From positions 2,356,001 to 2,420,000 of the forward strand of contig NC_086097.1 of the NCBI RefSeq assembly GCF_963921235.1: 64,000 bases of DNA, read 5' to 3'. Position 1 is the stretch's first letter, and the number at the start of each line of letters is the position of its first letter. The notes under the pieces were generated by a model, which saw only the letters and a program-made list of their open reading frames with translations, was not told the DNA's origin and ran no database searches. Source of the stretch: Mobula hypostoma. Taxonomy: Eukaryota. This document shows positions 12,391 to 24,719 of the stretch, piece by piece. The position numbers were made by a program, and so were the translations under genes.

Positions 12391-12692
12391 TAGAAACATA
12401 GAAAACCTACAGTACAATACAGGCCCTTCGGCCCACAAAGCTGTGCCAAGTATGTCCCTACCTTAGAACTACCCAGGCTTACCCATAGCCCTCTATTTTT
12501 TCTAAGTTCCATGTACCTGTCCAGGAGTCTCTTAAAAGACCCTATTGTATCCGCCTCCACCACCATTGCCAGCAACCCATTCCACGCACTCACCACTCTG
12601 CGTAAAAAACTTACCCCTGATATCTCCTCTGTACCAGCTCCCAAGCACCTTAAAACTGTGCCCTCTCGTGTTAGCCATTTCAGCCCTGGGGG
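12391..12692 (-). mobile_element. Young CR1 3' end
   Basis: TAGAAACATAGAAA tail; FKRLLDRYMELRK; near-identical to 60722-61020. Confidence 0.9.
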
Positions 12693-13056
12693 AACCACAT
12701 GATAGTTTCTCTGGCTTCTTCATACTTTATTAATGTCCTTTTGAGCAGTTACAAAATGCACTGCAGTTATTCACCAAGGCTATTCTTATATCACTGCCCA
12801 GATCTAGATTCACGTTCATTTATTTTGTCACATACACTTCAAAACATACAGTGACAACTAACACAACCAAGGCTGGGCTGGGCACAGCCCGCAAGAGTTG
12901 TTACACGTTCCAGCAGCCTGTCCACATTCTTCGGAGAACAACTCAAACATTAACACAACAACAGAGAACCAAGCCCTATAGCCTCCAACCCCAGGACAAG
13001 ACATCGCTAGCCGGCAGCCTTCAGTGGAATCTTTGGACTCTTTTTCCAAGAAAAAA

Positions 13057-13555
13057 TGTGCTGGTATTGGAGAGGGTCCAGAGGAAGTTCATGAGAATGA
13101 TTCCAGCAATAAAATGGTTACTGTATCAGTAGCATTTGATATCTCTGGGTCTGTACTCACTGGAGTTCAGAAGAATGGGGGGGGAATCTCTTCGAAACCT
13201 ATTGAATATTGAGATGGCTAGACGTTGTTTATGTGGAGAGCACATTTTCTATAGAGCATGAGCCTAGAAGCAGAGAGCACAGCCTCAAAATAAAGGGACA
13301 TCCCGTTAAAAAAGAGATGAGGAGAAATTTCTTTAGCCAGAGGGTGGTGAATCTGTAGAATTCATTGCCACAGACAGCTGAGGAGGCCAAGTCATTGCAT
13401 ATACTTAAAGTGGAGGTTGATAGATTCTTGATTATTAAGTCACAGGTTACAGGGAGAAGGCCGGAGAATGCAACTGAAAGGAATGGTGGCACAGGCCTGA
13501 TGGACCAAATGGCCTAATTCTGCTCCTATATCCTGTTGTCTTATAGTCTCATGGA
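13057..13555 (+). mobile_element. CR1 3' fragment
   Basis: LERVQRKFMRMIP; TTTAGCCAGAGGGTGGTGAATCTG; 3' UTR AATGGCCTAATTCTGCTCCTAT. Confidence 0.8.
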
Positions 13556-13587
13556 TTCGCAGATCCCCAAACACTCGTGTCAAGAAA

Positions 13588-14535
13588 GACCACAAGTTAT
13601 AGGAGCAGAATTAGGCTCTTTGGCCCATTGAGGCTGATCTACCATATCATCATGTCTGATCCATTTCCCTCCAGCCCCAATCTCCTGCCTTCTCCTCATA
13701 TCCCTTCATGCCATAACCAAACAAGAATCTATCAGCCTCTGCCTTAAATATACATAAAGACTTGGCTTCCACAGCTGCCTGTGGCAAAGAATTCCACAGA
13801 TTCACCACTCTCTGGATGAAGAAATTCCTCATCTCCATTCTAAAAGGACACGCCTCTATTCTGAGGTTGTGTCCTCTGGTCTTAAACTCTCTCACTATAG
13901 GAAACATCCTCTCCACATCCACTCTATCAAGGTCTTTCACTATTCGATAGGTTTCAATGAGGTCACCACTCATTCTTCTGAATTCCAGTGACAAACTATT
14001 CAATCCTAGAATCATTTTTGCGATCCTCCTTTGAACCCTCCCCAGTTTCAGCATATTTTTTTCTAAGATAAGGAGCTTAAAACTGCTCACAATACACCAA
14101 GTGAAGCTTCACAAGTCCTTTATAAAGTCTCAACATTACATCCTCGTCATCGAAATCATTGACGTATAACAAAAAGAAGCAGTCCCAATACAGAACCATG
14201 TGAAACACCACTAGTCACTGGCAGCCATCCAGAAAAGGTTTCCTTTATTCACACTCTTTGCCTCTTGCCAATCAGCCACTGCTTTATCCATGCTAGAATC
14301 TTTCCAGTAATATCACAGGCTCAGCTTGTTAGTAGCCTCATCTGTGGCACCTTGTCAAAGGCCTTCTGAAAATCCAAGTGCACAACATCAATCAATTCTC
14401 CCTTGTCTATCCTGCTTGTTATTTCTTCAATGAATTCTATCAGCTTTGTCAGACAAGATTTTCCCTCGAGGAAACCATGCCAGCTATGGCCCATTTGATC
14501 ATGTGCCTCCCAGTAACCTGAAACCACAACATCTG
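13588..14535 (-). mobile_element. CR1 fragment (RT and 3' end, internally deleted)
   Basis: ORFs 13650..14090 and 14321..14707 (HGFLEGKSCLT, HLDFQKAFDKVP). Confidence 0.85.
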
Positions 14536-14619
14536 TAGCAATCGACTCCAAAAAACAGATAAAGACATTTGGTCCATGGGTATGGCAATACCCACCTGTT
14601 CCCCACCAAGTAACACCCT

Positions 14620-15540
14620 GTAAGACCATAAGACATAGGGCAGAACTAGACCATTCAGCCCATCGAGACTGCTCTGTCATTCCATCATGGCTGATCCCAG
14701 ATCCCACTCAACCCCATACACCTGTCATTTTTATCATATCCTTTGATGCCTTGACACTCAGGAAATGATCAACTTCTGCTCTAAATATACCCACATACTT
14801 GGCTTGACAGCTGTCTGTGGCAGAACATTCCAAAGATTTACCACTCTCTGTCTGAAACAAATTCCTCCTTACCTCTGTTCCAAAAGCTAGTCCCTCAATT
14901 TTGAGGCTGCACCCTCTAGTTCTGGACACCCCCACCATAGGAAACATCCTCTCCACATCTACCTTATCTGGTCCTTTCAACAACTGGAGAGTTTCAATGA
15001 AACCCTCGTCCACCCACATTCTTCTAAATTCCAGTGAGTACAGGCCCAAAGCTGCCAAACACTCCTCGTATGTTAACCCCTTCGTTCCCGAAATCATCCT
15101 CGTGAACCTCCTCTGGACTCTCCAATGACAACACATACTTTCTGGGATATAAGGCCCAAAACTGTTGATAATATGCCGAGTGCAGCCTGACTAATGACTT
15201 ATAACGCCTCACCTCTCCTTGCGTTTATATTTTATTCTCCTTGAAATAAATGCCAACATTGCATTTGCTTTCTTTATCACAGACTCAACCTATAAATTAA
15301 TCTTCTGGGATTCTTGCACAAGGACTCCAAAGTTCCTCTGTACCTCTGATGTTTTAATATTCTGCCCATTTAGATAATAGTCTACACTATTGTTCCTTTT
15401 ACCAAAATGCATTATCATAAATTTCCCAACACTGTATTCAATCTGCCACTTTCTTGCCCATTCTTCCAATTTGTCTAAGCCCTCTGCAATCACATTGCTT
15501 CCTCAGCACTACCTACCCCTCCACAAATCTTCGAATCATC
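14620..15540 (-). mobile_element. CR1 3' fragment
   Basis: ORFs 14708..15136 and 15290..15493 (LDKLEEWARKWQ). Same subfamily as the CR1 starting at 31370. Confidence 0.85.
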
Positions 15541-16339
15541 CACAACGCCTATCATCACCAATTGTTCATCATTACAGGATCTAAATCCAGGAACACTCAA
15601 TCCAGGAACACTCAAGCCAATAGTAGTGGGGAAAGATCTTCACCAAGAATACTTTAACAATTCAAAAACATCGTTCACCACAACTTAACAAGGATGGATA
15701 CTTTGAAATAAATGGATACACTGAAAAAACATTATTCAGGGAATAATGGGAAAGACAAAAACATAGCTTTGGAACATAGCTAGGGGTTAAGATGGAAGCC
15801 CATTTTTCATGTGGAGTTCCAAACATGAGACAGTTACAATCCATTCAAAAGCATATCATCTGTAATTACACTGAGACACTGAAGCTTTATTCTGGGTGTT
15901 AATCAAATTATTTCATGAAGATGTACACATGGTCTGAAAACATGACAGATATTGCTCCTCACATTTTCCACTTAGTGTTTCCTCGAACTTGATCAGTAAT
16001 TCTTTATGCAGAAACCTTTGAAGTGGGATGATTATGACCAACATTTCTCTTCATACAACAGATACCATCTAAAGGTCAGAAATTTTGCACCGCTAATCAC
16101 ATGTGAAAACGTCTAGAAAGTTACAACTAAAGGCCATATAATGGAACGAGATGATGCAAAAACATTACAACCGGAGCATCCAGCAGCTGCAGTCTGATTT
16201 TATCTTTCCTGTTTCTAAGTATTTGCCTCCAAAAATTCATTTTAATTGCTTAATGCTTCTTGTCCTCTTCATCTAGAAACTAAATACAGAACTTTCTAAG
16301 CTACCATGCAACGTAAGCACAGACCAGTTTCTATGTGAC

Positions 16340-16460
16340 AGCACACAAACAAGAGAAATTCTGCTTGCCAGAGTTTCAGCCTGAAAAATTGACTGTACTT
16401 TTTTCCATATCTGACTGCCTGGCCTGCTGAGTTCCTCCAGCATTTTGTGTTGCCGTGTGT
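16340..16460. mobile_element. Penelope pLTR/hammerhead-family fragment
   Basis: ACAAACAAGAGAAATTCTGC..GACTGTACT..GCCTGGCCTGCTGAGTTCCTCCAGCATTTTGTGT. Confidence 0.7.
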
Positions 16461-16564
16461 GACAGTATTTATGTTGTCCCACACAGTGGAAGAGATCAAT
16501 GTTAACACTAAAACTAAGACTGAATTCTACGTGGCAATATTTGGTTGTCTCACACAGTGGAACA

Positions 16565-17130
16565 GACCACAAGACCATAAGATACAGGAGCAGAATTGGG
16601 CCATTTTGCCCTTCGAAACTGCTCTGCCATTTCATCATGGCTAATCTAATTTTCCTCTCAGCCCCAATCTCCCGCCTTCTCCCAAATCCCTTCATGCCCT
16701 GACCAATCACGAACCTATCAACTTCTGCCTTAAATATACATAAAGACTTGGCCCACACAGCTGCTTGTAACAATGAATTCCACAGATTCACCACTCTGGC
16801 TGAAGAAATTCTTCCTCATCTCTGTTCTAAAAGGACACTGCTTTCTCCTGAGGCTGTGTCCTCTGGTCTTAGTTTCTCCCACCATAGGAAACATCCTCTC
16901 CACATTCACCCTTCGATAGGTTTCAGTTAGGTCACCTCTTATTCTTCTAAATTCCAGTGAATACAGGCCCAGAGCCATCAGATGTTCTTCATATGACAAG
17001 GCATTCAGTCCTAGAATCATGAACCTCCTTCAAACTCTCTCCAGTTTCAGCATATCCTTTCTCAGATAAGGGGCCCAAACCTGCTCACAATACTCCAAGT
17101 GAAGCCTCGCCAGTGCTTTATCAAGTCTCA
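16565..17130 (-). mobile_element. CR1 3' fragment
   Basis: ORF 16730..17020 LSYEEHLMALGLYSLEFRRIRGDL; (CTTATGGT)-type tail. Confidence 0.85.
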
Positions 17131-17915
17131 AAACTCTGTGTAAAAAACTTACCTCTGACATCTCCCCCCCCCCCCCCGATATTTTCCTCCAATTACCTTA
17201 AAATTATGCCCCGGTATTGAGGAAAAATTGGGACTTCCCCAATTTGAGCAACAATGTCTAAACGATCGACAAACTCAAAATGCAGAACAACTTTTTGGAA
17301 AACACTCCTGAATGAAAGTTGTCAAAAAGAAAACTTAAAAGGTGTAAAGTGCCCCACAAATGCAGAATTCAACTATTTTCCTTAATACATATTACATTCA
17401 TCTGGGAAAAGGAGACAAAATACCACTGCCATCCATTTGAAAATGAGCAAAGTGGATCATGAATTCACATCCCTGTCAATCAGGATGTTAGCCTAGAGCA
17501 CGAGTCCTGAAGAAACCAATTAATGGAGGCACATGATCTCACAACACTCCTGATCCAGACTTCCATTGCAAAATAATCAGCAGAGGGTTGCATCCCGTAA
17601 AAAAAAAATGCCAATGTAGATTTAGGATCGTTAACCATCAGAGTACAGAGCTCCACGTAACAATGTACCACCTCACACTCTGCACTAAGACGACAGAAGT
17701 ATCTAGTGTAGTGATCTGCCTAATGAAATTAGAGATATCAGCAAGATCAGATGGAAAGTTGGAGTTTATAGGTCAGCGGGTGGGGGGGGGGACTGTGGTA
17801 TATTTAATATTTCAAAGTTCAAAGTAAATTTATTATCAAAGTATATATATAGGTCACCCTGAGATTCATTTTCTTGTGGGCATACTCAATAACTCCACAA
17901 TAAAGTAATAGCCAT

Positions 17916-19139
17916 TGTACGGGGTCTTTTTTTTTGTGTGTTAAATTTAAAATGGCTTCTTTGTTATGTTAAATGCTGAGAGAGTCTCTAGCGAGACATT
18001 TGCTTGGGTTAATACAGATAGCAGGGTGTTATTAGCCAATGGGTATTCATGTTATCATTTTTTTGGGGTGATAATGCTGTCTCATATGACTGGGGACGGG
18101 GTTTTGGGGGGGTAGTCGGAGGAGAGACGGGGAGGACGGCGGACGGGGTTTTTGGCGGGGAGTCGGAGGACAGACAGGGAGGACAGCGGAGAAGCGGGGA
18201 GTCGGAGGGGAGGTGGGGAGGACGGAGGAGAGGTGGGGAGGACAGAGGAGAGGCGGGGAGTCGGAGGAGAGACGGCGAGGATGGTGGACGGGGTTTTTGG
18301 AGGGTCGGAGGAGAGATGGGGAGTCGGAGGAGAGACGGGGAGTCGGAGGAGAGACGGGGAGGATGGTGGACGGGGTTTTTGGGGGGAGTCGAAGGAGAGA
18401 CGGGGTTTTTGGGGGGGGAGTCAGAGGACAGACGAGGAGTCGGAGGAGAGATGGGGAGGACGGTGGAGAGACGGGGAGACGGTGGAGAGACAGGGTTTTG
18501 ACGGGGAGTCGGAGAAGAGACGAGGAGGACGGTGGACGGGGTTTTTGGGGGGAGTCGAAGGAGAGACGGGGTTTTTGGGGGGGAGTCGGAGGAGAGACGG
18601 GGAGACGGTGGAGAGACGGGGTTTTGACAGGGAGTCGGAGGAGAGACGAGGAGGACGGTAGACGGGGTTTTGACGGGGAGAACGGTGGACGAGGTTTTTG
18701 GTGGGGAGTCAGAGGAGAGACGGGGAGGATGGTGGAGAGACGGGGAGTCGGAGGAGAGACGGGGAGGACGGTGGATGTGCGAAAGGCTCCAGTTGATCAC
18801 TCCGGGTGGTCTCGAGCCTGGAGTCGACAGGATCCGGGTGGTCGTCAGGAATTGATTGAGTGCCAACAGTTGTGCACGAAGAACTTGGACTTTGATAAGT
18901 CTGGTGCCTTTTTTTTCCATTACTTCCTTTTCTGTATCGAATTTATATTAATGTCATAGACTTAGTAATATCTATAAGGTGTGCTTGGTAAAACGGACTG
19001 GGTGTGCGGGCTGATGATTGATGTTTGGGAATGATTTGGGCGGCAGTGGTGCAGCGACCGACTCAGTGGGAAGCGTTCAGGCCGGGGCTGGGTGGGATTT
19101 CCCCTAGACATATACGAGCCAATATAACTGAGCGTTACA
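17916..19139. mobile_element. Solo LTR (1224 bp) with 4-bp TSD
   Basis: Starts TGTACG and ends CGTTACA. CCAT is duplicated at 17912-17915 and 19140-19143. Cleanly interrupts a Rex 3' UTR. CpG-rich, with CCAAT boxes. Confidence 0.85.
18091..18776 (+). repeat. G/A-rich modular VNTR inside the solo LTR
   Basis: Shuffled modules GGGGAGTCGGAGGAGAGAC, GGGGAGGACGGTGGAC and GGGGTTTTT(G)n. Confidence 0.92.
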
Positions 19140-19530
19140 CCATTATAGAATCAATGAAAGACCACACTGATTTGAGTGTGCAAAAGGTAACAAACTGTGT
19201 AAATACAAAAAGAAACTAATAATAATAATAATAATAATAATAAAGTAAGCAATAAATATCAAGAACATGAGACGAAAAGTCCTTGAAAGTGACTCCACCG
19301 GTTGTGAGAACAATTCAGTGATAGGGCAAATGAAGTTGAGTTTAACTATCCCCTCTGGTTCAAGAGCCTGGTGGTTGTGGGGTTATAACTGTTCCTGAAC
19401 CTGGTGGTGTGGGTCCTGAGTCTCCTGTACCTTCTTCCTGGTGGCAGCAGTGAGAAGACCGCTTGGCCCGGATAGTGGGGGGTTCCTGTTGATGGATGCT
19501 GCTTTCCTGCGACAGCACTCCACAGGAAAG

Positions 19531-19740
19531 CATTTCAGTAATATTGTAAGTATATTCTTAGATTAAACATTCTTTGTTGTTTACATAATTCACTGTGGGT
19601 TGTCTGTAAAAGTATAAGAATGGCATATGTCATTACGTTACTATGTCATATGAGCACATCTCACTAAAGTAAAAGTGGACACATTATTCCCAGCTCCGTG
19701 TTTTATTTTTGATTAATTCCTGGAGTTACAAACCATAACA
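19531..19740 (+). mobile_element. Gypsy solo LTR (5'-clipped), related to 4749-5236
   Basis: Shares AGTAAYATTGTAA..TTACATAATTCA..GAATGGC..ATTCCCAGCTCC; ends TAACA with no PBS after it. Confidence 0.7.
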
Positions 19741-19884
19741 CTCTCATTCTGCAACCTCTCATATTAGGTCATTGGTTACAGTAGTGATTGTTTAAATACT
19801 TGCCTAAAAGTAGCACCATTTCAACTCAAACACATTACCAATGCATCACTGGCACCATCAAGAATATATATATTAGCGCATACT

Positions 19885-20282
19885 CAAGCAGCTCCTTTTT
19901 GGGGAACTCTCTGCTGGAAGACGCTTGCATGGAGGGCAGAAGAAACGTTACAAAGACACACAAAAGGCCTCCCTGAAGTCATTTGACATAGACACAACCT
20001 CCTGGGAAATGCTGGCACAAAACCGCCCTACCTGGCACGGCCTCATCCACAAGGGCTGTCAAGCTGACGAAGCAAGGCGCATTGCTGAAGCACAACATAA
20101 GCGCGAGCTGCACAAGTCCAGAGCCACCAGCGCAACAACTGCAGTGCCTACACGTCTGCCCAACATGAGCCAGGATATTCCGTGCCTGAATTGGCCTGAC
20201 CAGTCATCTTCGGACACACCGCATCCAGTCTCAAAGTGACTAATGGTGTCGAGGTCTTCATCGACGGCGATGGACGAACCAC
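19885..20282 (+). mobile_element. RTE-clade LINE 3' fragment
   Basis: QLLFGEL..HGGQKKRYKDTQKASLKSF..WEMLAQNRPTW; frameshifted zinc finger; 3' end GTCTTCATCGACGGCGATGGACGAAC. Confidence 0.85.
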
Positions 20283-20289
20283 ACGTCCA

Positions 20290-20735
20290 GCCAGGTCCCA
20301 GGAAAGGGCCAGGAACATCATGAAGGATCCCACCCACCCTGCTCATGGACTGTTTGTCCCACTGCCAACAGGGAGGAGGCTACGTAGCATCCGTGCCAGG
20401 ACCACCAGACTCAAAATCAGTTCCTTTCCCCAAGCAGTAAGGCTGATCAACACCTCCACCCACTAACCCACCCCTCCACAGCCCCCACCATCACTGCTTT
20501 ATCATTTCCTGTCAGAGTCACTTTATGTAGACACTCCTGTGCCTAATGTCACTTTGTGGACATACATGAATAGCTTATATCCATTGATTGATAGTATTTA
20601 TATTTATTGTATTGTTTTATTATTGTGATCTTTATCATACTGTGTTTTTGGGGGGGCTGTATCAGTTCCGGAGCAACAATTATTTCATTCTCCTTTACAC
20701 CTGTTTACTGGAAATTATATTAAACAATCTTGAAC
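20290..20735 (+). mobile_element. Rex1/Babar 3' fragment
   Basis: RARNIMKDPTHPAHGLFVPLPTGRRLRSIRARTTRLK..FPQAVRLIN; tail TAAACAATCTTGAA. Confidence 0.85.
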
Positions 20736-20889
20736 AAGCCTAAATACCCTTTGGCTCCATACAGTTGTAGAATCAACAGCCTTTATCTTGCACAACACAA
20801 AATGAACAACATCTTGGCACATTGAGGTGTCAGGTCCCACCTCTCAGTCACGGGCGATGTGAGGTGTGACATAATAAGAAAAAGGTTGT

Positions 20890-21063
20890 GCAACACACTC
20901 AAAATGTTGGATGGACTCAGCAGTCTAGGCAGGACTGCTGAAAGGTTTCGGGCTGAAACGTCAACTGTACTCTTTTCCATTAATGCTGCCTGGCCTGCTG
21001 AGTTCCTCCAGCATTTTGTGCGTTGCTCGGATTTCTAGCATCTGCAGATTTTCTCTTGTTTGT
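20890..21063 (+). mobile_element. Penelope pLTR-derived fold-back element with hammerhead-like core variant
   Basis: CTGCTGA (20935-20941), AAGGTTTCGGGCT, GAAAC-GTC (20955-20962), then the family arm ending TTTTCTCTTGTTTGT. Confidence 0.75.
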
Positions 21064-21289
21064 AATGTAATTGACTATCAAAGTGCTGAAGTTTTGAAAA
21101 GTATTATACAAGGAAAGGCAACGCTGCAACAAAACCATCTTATTTTGAAAACCCAAAGGCCAAAATGCTATTTGCTTTCTTAACTGCTTGTTGGACTTTG
21201 AATGACATTCCGCTGCTCCCCTGTTAGTTATTCTCATTACACAATGCCAACACTGCTGTCACAAAAGCCTATTGAAAAGAGAATGAAAC

Positions 21290-21625
21290 AAAGGGAACAC
21301 TGTCCACGCTGTTCCTTATAGCCAGGGTGGTGAAGGGAACAAGCTCCCACTACTATTAAATGTTCCCAATGGTGTGTCTCAAATAGCCTCTGACAACCAA
21401 GTTCAGCTCCTGGCCTTCACGTGTGGAACTAGTAAGCCTCATGGAACCATTTCTTCTGACGGAAGGGGCAAAGACAGGTCACTGGTGCCTTAAGATGAGT
21501 TGCTTTGGGCAGATGGAGCTCATCAGCTGTGGCTGGCAGCTCATCAAGGAGAAGGAAATCTCTGATCTCAAACCTCTGCTTCCTTATGGCTATATCCACT
21601 CATGGGGAGGGCTTGGGAGTAAAAG
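21290..21625 (+). mobile_element. Probable 5' UTR region of an RTE-type retroelement
   Basis: Resembles from memory RTE 5' UTR motifs (CAGCTCCTGGCCTTCACGTGTGG; GGCAGCTCATC..GGAGAAGGAAA..CTGATCTCAAACCTC). No ORF support. Confidence 0.4.
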
Positions 21626-21959
21626 AACATGGCCACTTTCTCACTGTGGTTCAGAGTCTAATTCAGACTGGCTGCAGAGGCTTGTCAATCCCTCCAAAGA
21701 GATCGAAGATCCAAGCAAATCTGTCGAATGAGGTTTTGACCTGGGAGCGTCCATTTTATATCCATATCCATATTCCTGAAGTCAAAGGTCTCAATATAAT
21801 CAGCAAACAAGTCAGAGAAAAGGGAAGAATAGCCTCATTCCAGCACTTATAAAGAAGCTTTCTTGCCTTTATTTGTCGAAACACTGAGTTCAAAAGTCAG
21901 AAAAATACGTTCCAGTTTTATAAAACTCTACTTGTGCCACATCTGGAGTATTATATATA

Positions 21960-23551
21960 CAAATCCCATTTCCAGAAAAGTTGGGATATTTTCCAAAATG
22001 CAATAAAAACAAAAATCTGTGATATGTTAATTCACATGAACCTTTATTTAGCTGACAAAAGTACAAAGAAAAGATTTTCAATAGTTTTACTGACCAACTT
22101 AATTGTATTTTGTAAATATACACAAATTTAGAATTTGATGGTTGCAACACACTCAACAAAAGTTGGGACAGAGTGAAAATAAGATTGAAAAGTGCACAGA
22201 ATATTCAAGTAACACCAGTTTGGAAGACCCCACATTAAGCAGGCTAATTGGTAGCAGGTGAGGTATCATGACTGGGTATAAAAGTAGCGTCCATCAAAGG
22301 CTCAGTCTTTGCAAGCAAGGATGGGTCGTGGCTCACCCCTTTGTGCCAAAATTCGTGAGGGAATTGTTAGTCAGTTCAAAAGGAACATTTCTCAAAGCAA
22401 GATTGCAGAGAATTTGGGTCTTTCAACATCTACAGTACATTATATTGTGAAAAGATTCAGAGAATTCAGAGACATAGTGCGTAAAGGGCGAGGTTAGAAA
22501 CCACTGTTGAATGCGCATGATCCTCGAGCCCTCAGGCGGCACTGCCTAAGAAACCGTCATGCTACTGTGACAATTATAGTCACCTGGGCTCGGGAGTACT
22601 TCGGAAAACCATTGTCACTCAACACAGTCCGTCGCTGCATCCAGAAATGCAACTTGAAACTGTATTACGCGAGGAGAGAGCCATACATCAACTCTATGCA
22701 GAAACGCCGGCAAGTTCTCTGGGCCCGAGCTCATCTCAGATGGAGCAAAAGACTGTGGAACCATGTGCTGTGGTCAGATGAGTCCACATTTCAGCTAGTT
22801 TTCAGAAAAAACGGGCGTCGAGTTCTCCATACCAAAGATGAAAACGATCATCCAGATTGTTATCAGCAAAAGGTGCAAAAGCCAGCATCTGTGATGGTAT
22901 GGGGGTGCATCATTGCCCACGGCATGGGTGAGTTGCGTGTATGTGAAGGTACCATTGACTCTGAGGCGTATATTAGGATTTTAGAGAGACATATGTTGCC
23001 ATCAAGGCGACGTCTCTTCCCGGGACATCCATGCTCATTTCAGCAGGACAATGCCAGACCACATTCTGCACGGGCTACAACAGCGTGGCTTTGTAGACAC
23101 AGAGTGTGTGTGCTTGACTGGCCTGCTGCCAGTCCAGATCCACCTCCTATTGAAAATGTATGGCACATCATGAAGAGGAGAATCAGACAACCGAGACCAC
23201 GGACTGTTGAGCAGCTGAAGTCTTGTATCAAGCAAGATTGGACAAAATTTCCAATTGCAAACCTACTACAATTAGTTCCAAAATGATTAAAAAGTATTAT
23301 TAAAAGGAAAGGTGATGTAACACAATGGTAAACATGCCTCTGTCCCAACTTTTGTTGAGTGTGTTGCAGCCATCAAATTCTAAATTTGTGTATGTTTACA
23401 AAATACAATTAAGTTGGTCAGTAAAACTACTGAAAATCTTTTCTTTGTACTTTTGTCAGTTAAATAAAGGTTCATGTGAATTAACATATCACAGATTTTT
23501 GTTTTTATTGCGTTTTGGAAAATATCCCAACTTTTCTGGAAATGGGATTTG
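21960..23551 (+). mobile_element. Full-length Tc1 (DD34E, IR/DR type, Tzf-like) DNA transposon
   Basis: 214-bp TIRs at 21960-22173 and 23338-23551, each with AAAAGTTGGGA at outer and inner ends. TA TSD at 21958-21959 and 23552-23553. Confidence 0.97.
22321..23331 (+). pseudogene. Tc1 transposase with two in-frame stops
   Basis: MGRGSPLC.. paired-like HTH; WSDES, QQDNARPH and SPDPPPIENVW with 34 residues between D and E. TAG at 22495-22497, TGA at 23284-23286, natural TAA at 23329-23331. No frameshift. Confidence 0.93.
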
Positions 23552-23574
23552 TAGTTCTAGTAACCCCATTATAG

Positions 23575-23990
23575 AATTAGAATTTATTGAAATCTTACAT
23601 CCATCCCACAATGTGAGGGAGTAAAAATCTTTGTGTTATGACTCTGTCGCAATGTACAGACATCTGAATTTAAAAGTCTAATGGCTTGTAGAAAGAAGCC
23701 TGTTGGTCCTGGCTTTAATGCTGCGGTAGCATTTGCCAGATGGAAGTAGCTGAAACAGTTTATGGTTGGGGTGACCAGTGTCCCCGATGATCTTCCAGGC
23801 CTCCTTTCTGCACCTGCTGCTGTAAATGTCCTCAGTGGAGGGAAATTCATGTCCACAGATGCGCTGGGCTGTCCGTACCACTCTCTGCGTGCCCAGCAAT
23901 CAAGGTTGGTGCAGTTCCCGTATCAGGCAGTGATACAGTCAGTCTGTATATCTTAATGGGGCCCCTGTAGAAGGTCCTGAGGATTTGTTG
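23575..23990 (-). mobile_element. Rex1/Babar 3' fragment
   Basis: QRVVRTAQRICG..IIGDTGHPNHKLFQLLPSGKCYRSIKART. Confidence 0.85.
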
Positions 23991-24258
23991 CGGTTACAGA
24001 AGAGGTTTATCAGGATGCTGCTTGGATTAGAGGAGAGGGCACGTGCTGTAACGAGAGGTTTTACACACTTGTGTTCTTTTCTCTGGAACAGCGGAGGCTG
24101 AGGGGAGATCTGATGAAGGTTTATAATATTATGAAAGGCACAGACAGGGTGACAGACAATACCTTTTTCCCAGGGTTGAAATGTCTAATACTAGAAACAC
24201 CTGTTTAAGGTGAGAGGGGGTCATTTCAAAGGAGATGTGAGGGGCAAGTTGTTTTTTT

Positions 24259-24263
<5 letters not shown>

Positions 24264-24318
<55 letters not shown>
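24264..24318. repeat. (CA)n microsatellite
   Basis: Perfect CA run inside a CR1. Confidence 0.97.
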
Positions 24319-24322
<4 letters not shown>

Positions 24323-24719
24323 GTGGTGGGTGCCTGGGGTGGAGGTACAGGCAGATACATAAGGGATATGCCCCAAAGATATTTAGAATGTGTGAAACAT
24401 GGAAGGATTGTGGACATAGTGTAAGCAGAAGAGATTAGTTTCATTCGTTTCATCACAAACTTAATTGATTCAGCACAACACTGTAGGCCGAAGGACCCGT
24501 TCCTACTATATGTTGTATTTTTTCCATTTCCCATTCTTAACACCGCACTATTGATACTCGCATTGCGAAGTCGTAGCTAACCGTGGATTCCTCCACCAAA
24601 CCAGATTTTGCAGTCCACGCCCATACAGTATGTGCAATATTCCATCAAAGACACTATTTATCAAACATATTCAATCAAGATTTTCACCCTGTTACAGATG
24701 AATCCACTTGCAGATATTC

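Larger units (their letters stand above)
17810..19523 (-). mobile_element. Rex1/Babar 3' fragment split by the solo LTR
   Basis: 3' UTR homologous to 3001-3490 on both sides of the LTR; includes (TAA)n at 19218-19242. Confidence 0.75.
21880..24515 (+). mobile_element. Old CR1 3' fragment split by Tc1 and Rex insertions
   Basis: EFKS..FYKTLLVPHLEY left of the Tc1, continuing as GTTCTAGTAACCCCATTATAG after it. Resumes at ~23990 (QKRFIRML) and runs to the 3' UTR. Confidence 0.75.

Noticed and set aside
15584..15615. 15-bp tandem duplication ATCCAGGAACACTCA
   Set aside because: Ordinary slippage or repair duplication.
18009..18959. Pro/Ser-rich or Gly/Arg/Glu-rich proteins of 150-303 aa
   Set aside because: Overlapping low-complexity ORFs generated by the VNTR inside an LTR.
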